Shown here in pieces: positions 12,094 through 25,080 of a stretch of DNA of 64,000 bases (position 1 is the stretch's first letter; every line of letters starts with the position of its first letter). The notes below the pieces were generated by a model, which was given only the letters and a program-made list of their open reading frames with translations, searched no databases and was not told the DNA's origin. The position numbers and the translations under genes are program-made. The stretch comes from Marsupella aquatica. Its lineage: Eukaryota; Plantae; Marchantiophyta. Location of the stretch: the NCBI GenBank assembly GCA_973895155.1, contig OZ316897.1:10625832-10689831 (forward strand), read 5' to 3'.

Positions 12094-15000
12094 ATGGTGA
12101 CAGATGGGAGGAGGAGGGTGATGATAGCGGTGGACGACAGCGAGGTGTCGTCCTATGCTTTCACATGGGGGATTCGGAACCTCATACGTAAAGACGACCA
12201 TGTAGTTGTCCTGACCGCATCTCCCTTCACTGCAGTGCGCTACAATTCAGCTGAGATTGCCACTGGTACGACTTTGGTCTCACAATTGAATTGTTCTGAT
12301 TGTCCTTTTCCTTCTGCGGCCCTTCATCTATGCTCCAACTGTATCACTAACCCCTACCTGTGCTCAGAGCTCGATCTACTCGCTCATTCAGAGTATCTCT
12401 GCATGGCATTTTCTCGAGGAGAAGAGTGAGTTCTGCATGGTATATTATGATGTTTGATGTCATTGGTTGGCCTCGTTTATCTGAAAGGAAAAGATGGAAT
12501 GTGCCGGTAGAGCAGACTAATTTTGTGAACCTTGGATTATTGATTGCAGGAACGGAGTATGGCGGCAAAGGACCTCGGAGGTCTGAGATTTTGGCCGCTA
12601 GTACAGAGCATGCAGTGCCTGTAGTCGCTACAGACGACGGGGCAGAAGCTGCTAGCGTCGGTGTCTCCAGCAATTCGAAGAACCTTGTCAAGAAGTACCT
12701 TCAGCTCTTACTACACTCCAATGTACTCTCTCTCTCTGTTTGTAAAACTGGTACTTCACTTGCAATCATTTTCTAATTAGGGGAAAATTCGTCCGATCAA
12801 GAGTGAGCAACGCTTATGTACTGTTCTTGAGGTTCTGGGTCACCAAAGGTTTACCCAGCGTCCTGCTCACTTCGTGATCAAGAGGACTTTCCCGTGATCG
12901 ACTCGTTAGCCGGGCTCAATCGCAGCTCCTCAACAGGATGTGATGGACTGTTAATGACACTCAAATGGCATTGTCCCCTGGGAAGTGGATCTTTCTTGAG
13001 AAATTGATTTATGCGTTTTAACTCCTACTATCATCAGATGTTCATTCGGATGCCTCTCATGTACATACATAGTAACCGGAAGGTCCAGGAGAGGCTGAAG
13101 ATTCCAAAGCTCTTTGGGGTCTTATCAGTTCTCTAGACTCCGTCACGATCCGCAGTACAGCTCTAACGCATAACATTGATTCTGGAGTGAGAACACTGCA
13201 TCAAGTGCTGATGTGCGCCACCCAGTATTTACATCTTGAACAATGATCGCATTCATCTATTCTAACGGAACCTTTCGTTAACATAGACAGCGATCTACCC
13301 ATCATTGAAGAGCCCCTGCGAAATGCTCATTCTTGCGATGACCGTTAGCTAAATACTGCTTCAATGATGGGAATCACAAATTGAACTCCTACTTTCCTTT
13401 TCTCAATTGTAGTCAGCATCAGGTCATGATTCACATGAGAAAGTGATTCTACTTCCACCAGGAGGTGCATGATATACGATTCTTCCGTCTCTGGCGTTCA
13501 TTTACTTTCAGAACTTTCTCAAGCTTGCTCTGTACATGCAGCAGAGGTTGGAGGTGGTTTGATTGACAAATATCCGTGCATAGCCCTCTTCTGATTGAGT
13601 GATGCAGTGCATACCCAATGGCACCTTTCTAGTAGCAGGGAATGAAGTCTTTTATGATGATATGTTACGGATACATCTAGTCACCGGTGATCCTAACAAT
13701 GTCTACACTGCAGATATCTTGCGAGGGAGAAGTCGTAAAGGGACACGCTGGCAGCTGGATTGCAGATGAGGGAGAACGGCTCAAAGCAGATGTTATCGTC
13801 GTTGGTAGCAGTGCTTCTGGTCTAGTAAAGAGGTAGTCTCTGAGCCACTGGACTTTCAAAGAGAATGATTGCATTTCATTTGTTAGAGTCTTGAAACTAG
13901 GAATGCTCTGCCAGGGAGTAATCAGCGTGCTGAGTATGGCTCCTTCCTTTCTTCCTGAGTATTTACTGTACTTGCAATTAATGAATACATCGAAGGTATT
14001 GTTCCTGATCAGAACTATCTTTTGGTGAGGTTCCGCGAGAAGTACGACATGCCTTCTTGAAGTAATCGCATTGCATATCCGACTGAGCAGGACTTTGCTA
14101 GGCAGCATCAGTGACTATGTCTTGCACAACGCACCTTGCACAGTAGCCGTTGTTCGGCAGTCTGAAGAAGCTCTTTCGAAACATGATCCTCTGGCTTCAT
14201 CAGGTGGCCCTAGGAAAATCGTCATTGCAGTAGACGAATCAAAAGAGGTAATTGGTCTATAATCTTTAGTTTCGTTTGGAATCTACTGACTTCTTTTGTT
14301 CTCCCATTGCTGCCTTTCCTCCTCTCTGTTCCTCCTCGCTTTCTAGCAGAGTTGTTAAGGGTTGAATGCCGCCATACGGATCGATAATTGAAGTTGATTT
14401 CTTCGTATAACTCTTCGCTCTCACATCTCGTAGGTATTGCTTTGTTTCATCTCAAAGGCTGTTGGGTGGCGTACGTATGTCACCTCTAGGGAAGAGTAGA
14501 TAAACCTCCGCTTGTGAGAGAAGCACAATGTCATGTGAATGGAGTCTTTTTTAGAAATCTCTTTGGACAATTTCTGAGCAAGCTGCATGTTGTTTCTATT
14601 GCTTGACAGGCCATAAATGCCTTTAAGTGGGCTTTAAAAAATTTCTGCAGCCCCCAGGACCACGTGATCGTGTATCATGTTCACCACCCGTATGTTGCTC
14701 CCATCACTGGAGTGGGAATTGGTGAGAAAGACGTGTTCTCCACCTGTTGCCAGAGTCAAAAAGACCTTGATACGCCGTGTAGTTTGCCAGCAATTTCTGA
14801 GTTTCTTCCACTCCTGCGACGATCAAATATGTCTCCATCACATATATAATCATTACTTTGCCAAGCGAACACAGCCATCGCATTTTCTGAAGTCTGCTCG
14901 TTGGTGATGCAGGAGAATTTGGCATTGAGGAAGTGTACACCCTTCCCGAAGTAGCAGTCAAAGATGAGGTGGCATCTTTAAAAGATAGCCAGAAGGTCGT

Positions 15001-15924
15001 CGAGAAGTTCATGGAGTATGCTGAAGGACAAACAGAGGTGAGTCTCTCGATGGCGTGAAAAATGATTGGGATTCATTTTCCCTCTATTTTGATTGTTGTG
15101 GCGTGTCTCACAATAGCAAGTTAGGGAGTGTTTTGGTAGCGATGTGAGAAACGACTTATCGTCAAATTTACTCTCCTCAGTTTTTCCTGTCAGTGTATGT
15201 AGCATGTGAATTGTATTTTCCTGTCAGTGTATGTAGCATGTGAATTGTAAACTGCTGCTTGACCCGTTCTTTGGGTGCTAATGGTGGTTTTCGAGAAATA
15301 AATCGGACTAGTTAAGTGTAGAAGACTATGTTAAATTTATTGTGGATTTTTCAGATAAAATGCGAAGGCATGGTGGTGACCGGCGAGACACAAGAAAAAG
15401 TGATTGAAGGGCTGAATGCCCTCCGAGCTGATGCTGTTGTTGTGGGCACGCATGATCGGAGTGCCGTTTCAAGGTGAGACACGTCTGCTCTAACCGATTC
15501 GTTTTTACCCAAAATAAGAAGGTCGCCAGTCTACACAGATCACAAATACGAGAATTCGACGACATACGATTTTTTGGCGTGACTGATAGAACCAGATATA
15601 GAAATTCTGTTGTTACGTGGTTCCCATTTCAGGGTAAGAATTTTTGCTCTGTTCTTTGTTGAGAGATTGTTTATGGAGAAGTGCCTCCACTCTTGTCTCT
15701 ATTGAGCAATTCAGATTTTAAAGAATTCATTAGGTTGGCAGATCATTAACAACTTGTGTAGCATTTATCAGTTGTATGTAGTAACACATAATTTCTTGCG
15801 TTGCAGGACATTCTTGGGTAGTGTGAGTGACCATTTGGCTCACAATAGTCCTTGCCCTCTCATAGTTGTGAAAACTCGCAAGAACATTTCCGATCCTGAA
15901 GTGGGACATCAACACGCAGTATGA
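12094..15924 (+). CDS. Universal stress protein (UspA family) with two tandem Usp domains, 364 aa
   Basis: Exons 12094-12265, 12550-12722, 13714-13832, 14091-14247, 14610-14721, 14913-15037, 15355-15473 and 15807-15924, all GT-AG and in frame. Motifs RRVMIAVDDS...LLGSISDYVLHNAPCTVAVV and RKIVIAVDES...FLGSVSDHLAHNSPCPLIVV. Confidence 0.92.
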
Positions 15925-17750
15925 GGATCATAATCCATATCCTGTTGGATTACCATTAGCTATCAAGAGCCCCAGACCGGCAACGCAGAACGGCAATTCT
16001 GACAAACAGATGTTCTGATCTGAGAAGACTGAAGGTGCGCAGATGAAAAAGCTTGTTATTCCATGTTGAATAAACCTTCCGTTCCAGGACATCAGCAAAG
16101 CAGGGAAGATAATACTGTTGTTAAAACCAAGATTGATTCGAGTTCATGAAAACTCGCAAGTCCCAATTCGGGATTGCATTGGAGGGAAACGTTTTCCATC
16201 CAGCAAAGATAATTCCAGTGGAAGTTGGGTAGTGAAAGATGAAATTAGAGCTTGGAGAAAGAGATCTAATCACCTGGGGGAAAATCACTGAGAGGCTACG
16301 AACTTTTTCAACTTGGTCAATAAGTGAAGAAAACTGACAGCATTCTTCCTGCTTTCTACTGGATGGGAAATAGATTTGAGCATTTTGTTCCAGTGATTGT
16401 AGCCCGTAACGACGAGATGTTCAAGCGGCCGAATTAAGAAGCCTTGGACGTTTTCTTTACGAAAATAACTGTGCCAAATTTTGAACGATGTTCGTTGTAA
16501 AATTGTGAAATCTGACAATTTAAACATGATTGTTTTCCTTACCTGTCCCGCTTCACAATCGTTTTCCATGCTGTAAATTGAGTTCTGTCCATTCTTGAGC
16601 AATGTTCTTTGTAAAGTTGTAGAATCTGGGTATAAGGTATCTTCTCCTCACCTCCTTTTCCACAAGCAAAAACCATTGCATCTCATCTTTTAGGTTCAAT
16701 CTGATTCCCTGATTAGAAATGATCGTCTCCAGTCATCGCATCTCACCTTTTAATTGTCGTGTCCAGTCTGATTCTTTAGCTCACGATAATCGTGTTGCCA
16801 ACGATAACTCTGTTGCCAACTACAGCAATATTCCCTGCTTAGATGTTGTCCAATCCGTCAAAATGATTGGATTGGTAATGTAAGATGATACAGATTCGTA
16901 TTTCAAAATGTTTGCAATGGGGGAAAACATGTATGGTTCGAATTATTAATCCACGAAGATCTAGCAGAAGAGCGTACACTCATATCTGCGTAGGGAGAAA
17001 CGTTTGCTTATATCTTTGGAGGGAGAAAACCAATACGACAAGTTATGATGAAATGAACATAAAGCAATGACTCCATTGTGGGGTCTGCTATGAGGTTTAG
17101 TCAAGAGATGCTAATTCTGGCAAAGAATATCTTCTCCTTCTGGACATGGGGATTATTTGTCAAGAAACAAACATCTCCTTTCCTCTTTACTCCCAGTACT
17201 GCGAACATGACGACCAGCATGATGCTTCAGACCATCAAACTTTGGAATCAACAACTTCACTCTGCCCCCGACCTTACAGCAAATTGGACACCTGCTAACA
17301 AATCTTCCTATCAGTACCCACTAATGCTTCTGCCCATGGAAACTTAGCAGCTAAATCGTCGTGAAAGTGACGATTAAGTTCATGGGTTGTCTTGCGCTTC
17401 TTCTCTGCCACCTTTGGATAGATTGCTATAATATCAGTCAGCTGAACTTCTCTGCAACCTTTGGATGAAGTGGTATCCTTCAGTCGGCTGAAATCAGAGT
17501 TTACAATGTGCTCCTTGCCTGTAACAACTCGAACAACCCCTCTATTTTAGAACCCAAGTCAGAACCAAACAGAAAGCTTTCTGGAACTGACGATAAGCTT
17601 CAAGGAGGCCCATTCACAAATCCTCTACTGTTGAGCCCTACTCAGAACCAAACAGAGAGTCATCAGGACCCAACGATGAGCTCCAAGGAGAAGGCCCACT
17701 CACAGCTGATGTGCGAGGGCAAATGCAAGCCAGAACAATAAGTAGCCTGC

Positions 17751-17896
17751 ACCCATACTGAATTGGACGATTCAACGGGCCAGAAATCCTTCTCCCTGCC
17801 CTTGGATATACAGGCCTACTACAACCCATACTGAATTGGACGATTCAACGGGCCAGAAATCCTTCTCCCTGCCCTTGGATATACAGGCCTACTACA
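17751..17896. repeat. 73-bp tandem duplication inside degenerate coding-like sequence
   Basis: ACCCATACTGAATTGGACG...GGCCTACTACA at 17751 and 17824, with diverged ATACAGGCCT units continuing to about 18020. Confidence 0.85.
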
Positions 17897-19705
17897 GTGT
17901 AGATATTTCAACATCCCATTCAATGGAGGTGCCAATTCAGAAAACCCTGCCCTTGAATATACAGGCCTCCTACACGATGGATATTCCAACATCCCATGGA
18001 TGTACAGGCCTATTAGACTATGATATGTCACCATCCATTCAATGGAGGTGCCATAACAGAGATTAATACACAGCACTCAGTGGACCAGTGCATGTTCTCT
18101 AGACAACAGTTGAAGAAAAAACTAAGGACCTATGAGGCAAGAGTACCAAAAATGACTGAGGAAACTGGCAAAAAGTAAGTTTGAACCCCTGTCTAAGGGC
18201 CGTCTTGCATGCAGACGGTCCTTCAAAAAATGGCCTTTCAGACAAACGGTGGGAGCCCCTGAGTGAACAAAACTGCCCCCTGAACGAGGCCGTCTTGACG
18301 GCACTAAACTAGGACTTGGAAGGGCAAGGCACGCAAACCTTGCCTTCACAGTCCCGACCTTTGCATGGCACATAAGACAATGGCATTTGCTTTCCACATG
18401 TCACTGAACTGGGCTGCCTGTGATTTTGCCGTGCGCCTGATCCGGTCCTGGTTATCAACTCTCACCTGCTCGTACACGTAGGAGACCCTGCAAATTGCCC
18501 TGCATATGAAATGCTTCAACAATTCACTGTGCGCTTCACCTGAACACTTTGCATGTAATCCTGTCACTGCGACGCATTTGAACTTGAGAGCATCATGAGA
18601 GTGCTCGTGAGAGTGTAGAAATTGAAGTCAGCATATGGTAAGCTTCCAGCATTGAGAGAGCATTGAGAGTGTAGAAATCAATAAGGATTGTACATGCACT
18701 CAATAGCAGTCACTTCTGATCCTGCCTCCAGATTCTTTCAATTTGTAAGCTTCGAAACAGCAACCACAACATCAACACATGACAACATTTGAAAAACGCT
18801 GCCCGGCTAACCTTACCGATTCCAATCAAGCTCACAAGTAAGTTGAAGTCTCACATTCTATGTTGCATTTCAATTGTCAATAATTTGTGAGAACAACTCC
18901 TTCATCTCGCGCCTGCCTCTCTCTTCAAAATGTGTGAAATCACCACCGACCTCTACTCAAAGTCAATCAATCAGCCAGCCGTCTTCTCTATACTTCCCAT
19001 CAGTTGTTGAAACTAGGTAGGTGGCTAGAGCAACTGTGATCCAACCAGGCTAGACAGGTTCTACTGTACATGGCTGTGGTGGAATGCGGAAGACTGGGGC
19101 TAGGCGCAGGGTGTTGCCTTGCCTAGAGAGTGTAACAAATGTGAGAGAGGAGGCTCCTTCTCACTTTCTGGATCGATTGGCAATAGTGGCTAGACCAGGC
19201 TCTACATAGTTGTGGTGGAATGCGATGAGTGGGGCTGGGGCAGGATGCTGCCCTGCCGAGCGAGTGGATGCGTCTCACTTTTTGTGTAATTAACCTGGAT
19301 TGATCACTTTCAATTGAACTGTGGAATGTTTTGAAGTCATGTCAAGTGCAATTCAAATTTGGCTTCAATTTTATAGCTTTTGTATGCCCGATGTCAGTAT
19401 AGTTTGGTTTGAATGACGATGCTTGATTGTTTCATATACTCAAGCTCATACTGTACAACAAACTCTATATGTAGGGTAGTTTGGAGTGCACCAATGTAGT
19501 ATACCTGATCATGAAGGGAGCTTGGAAGGGAGTGCACAATTGTACGTCGTGACTACTTGCTTCCTTTGTAGTGGCTGCGGTAGACTTGTGCATTTAATAG
19601 TACCCAAACATACCGCCCGATACATACTTAGAAAGGCATATAAACTATTTATGAAGTACAACAACTTTGTTGTGAAAATTCATTTTAGGGTCAGGTTTAG
19701 ACACA

Positions 19706-20490
19706 ATGGAGCCTAGCAAAGATAATCTGAAGGGCCTTGCTACTAATTATTTGGGGAAGATAAAAGAGGCGAAAGAATACTTGACTCACGTGCAGTCAAT
19801 GCTTTGTGAAGACCTTTGACCTGTTTTGTAGACGGACATGTTAAATGCCAAAATTTGTGATAGAGAGACCCAGGAATTGAAACACGAGGTTGAGAGGTTG
19901 AAAGCAGAAAACCAACGGCTTCTCGGCGAGAACAAGACATTGGAAGTCCTGCAATCAGAGGTTGTTCAGATGTTGCAGCGGAGAGAACATAAGAATAAAA
20001 CAATCTCTACAGAGACTGCAGCTGAGAGAAAACTTGTAATAGGAGCACAGGAACCTTTGGTCCCGATTTCCCCAACCTGTCCAAGATTACTCGGGAGATT
20101 ACTATGCACAGAATAGATCCAGGACAGACACATGCTTTGAAAGGCAAACTTCCACTTCGCATAGTAGATTCTTTGGTCTCTGACACACCCTACGTGTCGA
20201 ATAGTACAGGAGTTCCATCCACTCATCAGCATAATGCTATTTCCTGCAAGACCTGGGAAGAAAATCTGCTTGGAGAGTGATTCTGTTGGCCTTGGGCCTG
20301 AACGTAGGAAACTACCTTCATAAGATAGAGATAGATATGTAATTCTAAGGTCATACTTATTTGACCTACTATTGGCACTGTCTTATCCAGACCATGATTA
20401 TATTGTGGATCATTATATATGAATATGATAAAACTTTGCTTCATCATTTTGTTGAAAATATTGAAAGCCTCAAGAGGACATGGTTTTAAC
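19706..20490 (+). pseudogene. Degenerate third ORF inside the Harbinger element (coiled-coil protein, unknown family)
   Basis: The ATG at 19706 is in frame with the 19838-20116 ORF across two stops (TGA, TAG). Heptad-like ELKHEVERLKAENQRLLGENKTLEVL. Protein-like continuation after frameshifts. Confidence 0.55.
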
Positions 20491-20657
20491 ATGCTGCAAT
20501 AATTTCAATTGGTTGTTTGAAGAACTCTTGTGGTTTAATTTTAATTTATTTATTTTTACACGCTTTCTATATATGAACTTATGTGTTTTGTGCATTGAAT
20601 ATGTTTAAAACATATTGATGTGCGAAATCACCACTGACTTATTTGTGTCCCTTTCAG

Positions 20658-21874
20658 ATGACGAGCCAGAATTAGAGAGAGGTTCCAGGCCAAAGTTTGG
20701 CTTCACAAGGTGTGTCATTGCATGATTTGGATCTGAACATTGCTGCAGATCCCACTACTACACCACAACGTCAAGGAAGGAATAAGTTGCCAGATTGGAC
20801 TGACGAGGAGATGACGGTTCTCATTGTAGCAAAACAGAATGAATATCACACTGTCATTATGGAAGGCTCAACACAGAAAAAAATGACCAGTAGCAAGTTG
20901 AAATGGAAAGCATTGGCAAAGTTTATGGTGGATGAGGGGTACACTAATCCTATTCGAGATCCAAACTCTTGTAAGAAGAAGTGGCAGCTTATTGAGAACA
21001 AGTTTAAAACAATTTATGACTGTGAAAAGATCGAAGGAGAAAACTGGGCAGGTTTCTTACTTTAACATGGGTGACAAGGACGACGCGACCATCAATTCCC
21101 CACTAATTTATCTGTTGATCTGTATGAGCAATTGTTGGAGTGGTATGCAGATATTCCACGCATCACTCCACCTAAAAAGTTCACATCTGACATTTCTTCT
21201 ATGGACCGAAATGCACAGGAGAATCCGTTTGATTTATCATCAAAGAGTAAGAACTTACTTCCTTTTGCTTATGCATTGGTTTCTTTTTGCATGGTGTAGC
21301 TATATTTTGGTATTTTTTTTATGCAAGTGATTCTGTGATATTTTATCACAGATTTTATTTTGCACTGAAATTATTGTCCCCTTTTCAACACCTATATCTT
21401 TTCTTTATTAAATAGTATAACAAGTACGTTATGTCATTTGCAGGTGATGATGATGTTGAGTTTCATGAAGATAGGTCTATCCCTACCAGCCAGGAATACT
21501 ACCCAGGACCAACACACGAGGGTACGCAGTCACATGATGTCAAGAATACCGGTGGAGTGAGAGAACCATCATCCCCTCAGGACTTTTCTGGCCCAAGCAA
21601 GAGACGTGTGAAGCGAAAGGCAACCAAGTTTGGCAGTGATAAACAAGCGCATTTGAGAACCATGGCAAAAAGTTGGGCTGAGATGGCTTCTACGGCCAAG
21701 CGTGATGTTGATATCCGAGAACATGATTCTCACATGCGAGAATGTGAGTATGAAATTCGAGAGCGGCAAGAGAGAACTTTGGGTACAACAATGAAGACAA
21801 CATCCGAGCAGATGACACGTTTGACTGATGCCCTTATGGAGAAGCTTGCAAGTTCTTCACAACCTTCACAATAG
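20658..21874 (+). pseudogene. Harbinger Myb/SANT (trihelix-like) DNA-binding protein gene, disrupted
   Basis: WTDEEMTVLI...KWKALAKFM...CKKKWQLI tryptophan pattern. One early stop and frameshifts near 21040-21085. Probable intron about 21248-21443; the C-terminal coiled-coil exon ends at 21874. Confidence 0.8.
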
Positions 21875-22057
21875 AGTCCCGAGTAGAGTAGCACTTGGCT
21901 AGTTTGTATTTATCAAGTGTAGTACTTAGGGTCTACTACTTCAATTAACAGTTGCATTGAATTGCAAAAAAAACTATGATGACACTTTCATGCACTTTTC
22001 AATTGCAAATTTTATTTCAAATTTGCCTACAACATTTTCATTTGGAAACATAAATAG

Positions 22058-23426
22058 TCACAATGTATTATCCCTTGGGGCAGTACGACGTCTTTGTCGT
22101 TCCTGCTCCCATTCTCGCTCCCATTCTCTCTCAGGCAACAAATAGTTCATCATTGCAACACGAATCTGTCTACATCCATTACCAAAACTATGATCTCCAG
22201 CTGGAGGGCCTCCAGGTTCATAAGGAGGGTCTGCATCTAATCCCCAAGCTGGATCATACACATCTCCATGATCAATACGAATATTGTGTAGAATGCATGC
22301 ACAAGTAACATAATGTGGCAATCGATAAGAGAGGGACGATACATTTTGCATGAAATAAATCTCCACCTATTTTTCAACTGACCAAAAGCACGCTCTACGC
22401 ACATCCTAGTAGAGCTAAGCATGTAGTTAAATTCTCTCAGATTGCGGCTACGCTCTCTTGCACCGGGGAAAGGGTTTAGCAACCAAGGATAACTTGCATC
22501 ACCAATAATGTACTCCCTTGTACAAAATCCCGTATGTGATGTAAACATGGGACCTGAGAGTTTTGTGTGGTGTACTGTAACATCGTCAAAAAACCCGGAC
22601 ACCCGTAGAAGGCAAGAGTCTTGTATGCTACCGGGCCATCCCGAAAAGACATCCAAAAATTGAAGACGACTATCACAGTAGCTTGCATAGAAATGCTCTG
22701 ACCATTCTTGAAATCACGGTAATCACTAGAATTTGTTCCAGGCGGTAGCTCCACTTGAAAATGAGTGTCGTCTATTGCACCACAGCAATTTGGTAATCCT
22801 TGTAGTTGGCGAGATTCTTCTTTCACCCTTGCCATGGCTTCTCCTTGTGGCCAACTCAAATGTGTTCTCCTTGCTCGCATAATCAAAGCCCTAACAAATC
22901 ACCAAACAATACCCGATATGCATAGCACGGAAACCCCAAACATCTCTGAAAGCGTCAACAACAAACAACCACTGGAAAAGCGACGGAGGGCTATGGCAAC
23001 TTGACGCTCAACAGACAATGTTCTATTTGTCAAATTGCGAAGGCCAGGTGGGGGATGTGTGGTCATATTTTCTCTAACCAAGTCGCAAATATACATGAAT
23101 GTTGTCGGTGACACTTGGAACAAATACTTGAAGCGAACAGGATCATGCTCAATCACATGTGTCAAATACCAGCCACTCCGCTCTCTTGACCTCGGCTCAA
23201 TGTAATTTCCAGAAATATGTGAATAATCTCTGCAAAAAGCTGATTGAATAGTTTGAAAGAGTCGCAACAAGTCTGCAAATTGTGTACCATTGTCATCTGG
23301 CATCTGTCTTTGTGGCAAATCATAGTTGCCAAGAAGAGCGTACAGTTTTAGTTGTTGCAAAATCAGTTGTTGCAAGGCAATAATTGTGGAGAATATTATC
23401 TCAAACTCCTCGTTTGAAAGCACCAT
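22058..23426 (-). pseudogene. PIF/Harbinger (HARBI1-like) DDE transposase, frameshifted
   Basis: Motifs VAIALRRFSSG (HTH region), CCGAIDDTH, FSGWPGSIQDS, IIGDASYP, RMCVERAFGQLKNRW and CACILHN, spread over four ORF fragments. Confidence 0.93.
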
Positions 23427-24343
23427 TGTGACAAAATAATTTGAGCTTGAAAGGCCTCCACAATGAATGACATGTCTTTGACATTGTCAATAGTGAAGAG
23501 AAAAATTGAGGGCAATAAGAAAGTGCAAGTAACTAACAAATTGTAGGCACAGAAGTGAGTGAAGTGCTTGCCAAAAGTCATCACTTATTTGTGAGTCCTT
23601 GACAGTGAAAAAAGCTTTGCAGTACACCTTCGTTTGCAAGGCCACATCTTGTACTATACCTGGCTTTCGTATGGCCTACCTTCAGCTATACTACACCTAC
23701 TATACTATTTCTTGGCCCTCTACTGCCCGAGTGAATTATGTAGTGTTTGGAGGAATGAGCTGGTAATGTTTAGAGGCATGAGCCGGTAATGTTCGGAGGA
23801 ATGAGCTGAGCACATAAGAAAAATGGCAATGCCCAGATTCAACATTCTGATTGTAAGAGCGACAACAACAAATCACGATGCCTACCGTCTGTCTGATCAA
23901 TGTTGTTCACGATTTCAATGTGTGGACGAGGGTGAGATGCAACAGTAGTCACCGAATTGTAAGCACATTTTGCAGCGGAGCACATGAAATCAGTGGCAAC
24001 ACATTCTTCAGCAACAAACGCCCACCTCAAGAACGGGTGAGGGCAGGCATCAGCCGGAGGCCAGTGCGTCCATGTCAAGTAGAGGAGGAAGAGAGACTTG
24101 TGAGTGCAGAAGCAGAATGCAGGCTGGAGCGAAATGTAGGATTGGAGCGCAGAAGCGGAGTGCTAGACAACCGATTTCCTTTGTATTACATTCGGCTAAC
24201 TTGTTGTGTAGCAAACTAGACTTTGCAGGGCTTCTTCACTTCGCAACGCCAATTTGCGCTTCACATTCAATGCAGCCTCAATCCCCTCTATTGCTCTCGG
24301 TAAACTAAGCGGCACATAACGACATAGGTGGACACGAGCCCCT

Positions 24344-24688
24344 TGTTGAGCATAGACGACAATCGCAACGACAAGCTCATCAACCATCCAACGCACAAGA
24401 GTTGACACAGAGAGATACGTGGTTCACCTCCACATGAGGCTACGTCCACGGGAACACACATGAGCTTTACTGCACTCTAGGCCGACCGGCCATACCAAGC
24501 ATCCACAACGCAAGCTCTCTCTATCTCTCAACTAGCTCCGTAACAATGAGCCTGAGTTCCCACTCTCCAAGCAAACACCGCTTGGTTATAGAGTGTGCAC
24601 AACATGACTAACCTAACCAAGTCTACGACGAAGGTTAGCCTTAACTATGGTATAGTCGCAACTCTAGACCTAAGAGTAAATCCTAACA
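24344..24688. mobile_element. Solo LTR (345 bp) nested in the Harbinger element
   Basis: TGTTGAG...CTAACA with a perfect CCCCT TSD. Similar to 991-1361 and 43457-43814. Confidence 0.88.
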
Positions 24689-25080
24689 CCCCTCAGCACA
24701 TCCAACACGTAACACAGGGGAGGATTGAGTTGTTAAACCAAATCCCTAATTCTGTGTAAGTTTTGCTTTGTGAAAGGCCGCATTCTTGAGGGCCGATGTA
24801 CATGCAAAACGGCCCTAAACCTCATTCTTTCTTAGAAAGTCCAGTTGAAATGTGCTGCAGCGGCTAGAACACAGCATCCAGAATCCCTGCCTTGAATGAG
24901 CAGCAAACATTCAAGAAAATGCACACTCAAAGGTCACTGGCATATATGTAGTTAATTGTTACTTCGCAAGGGAGGGGAAGGCACAATGTCACTTGCCTAT
25001 CCAATGATTAATACGTGCAAACCATACTTTTCTTCGCTTAAACCGTTGGTATCGTATTACGAGGTCGTGGAGGGACGCTA

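Larger units (their letters stand above)
18197..24815. mobile_element. Full-length PIF/Harbinger DNA transposon (pseudogenised)
   Basis: TIRs GGGCCGTCTTGCATG (18197) and CATGCAAAACGGCCC (ends 24815) match 14/15, with imperfect extension to about 45 bp. TAA TSD on both sides. Contains convergent Myb/trihelix and DDE transposase genes. Confidence 0.93.
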
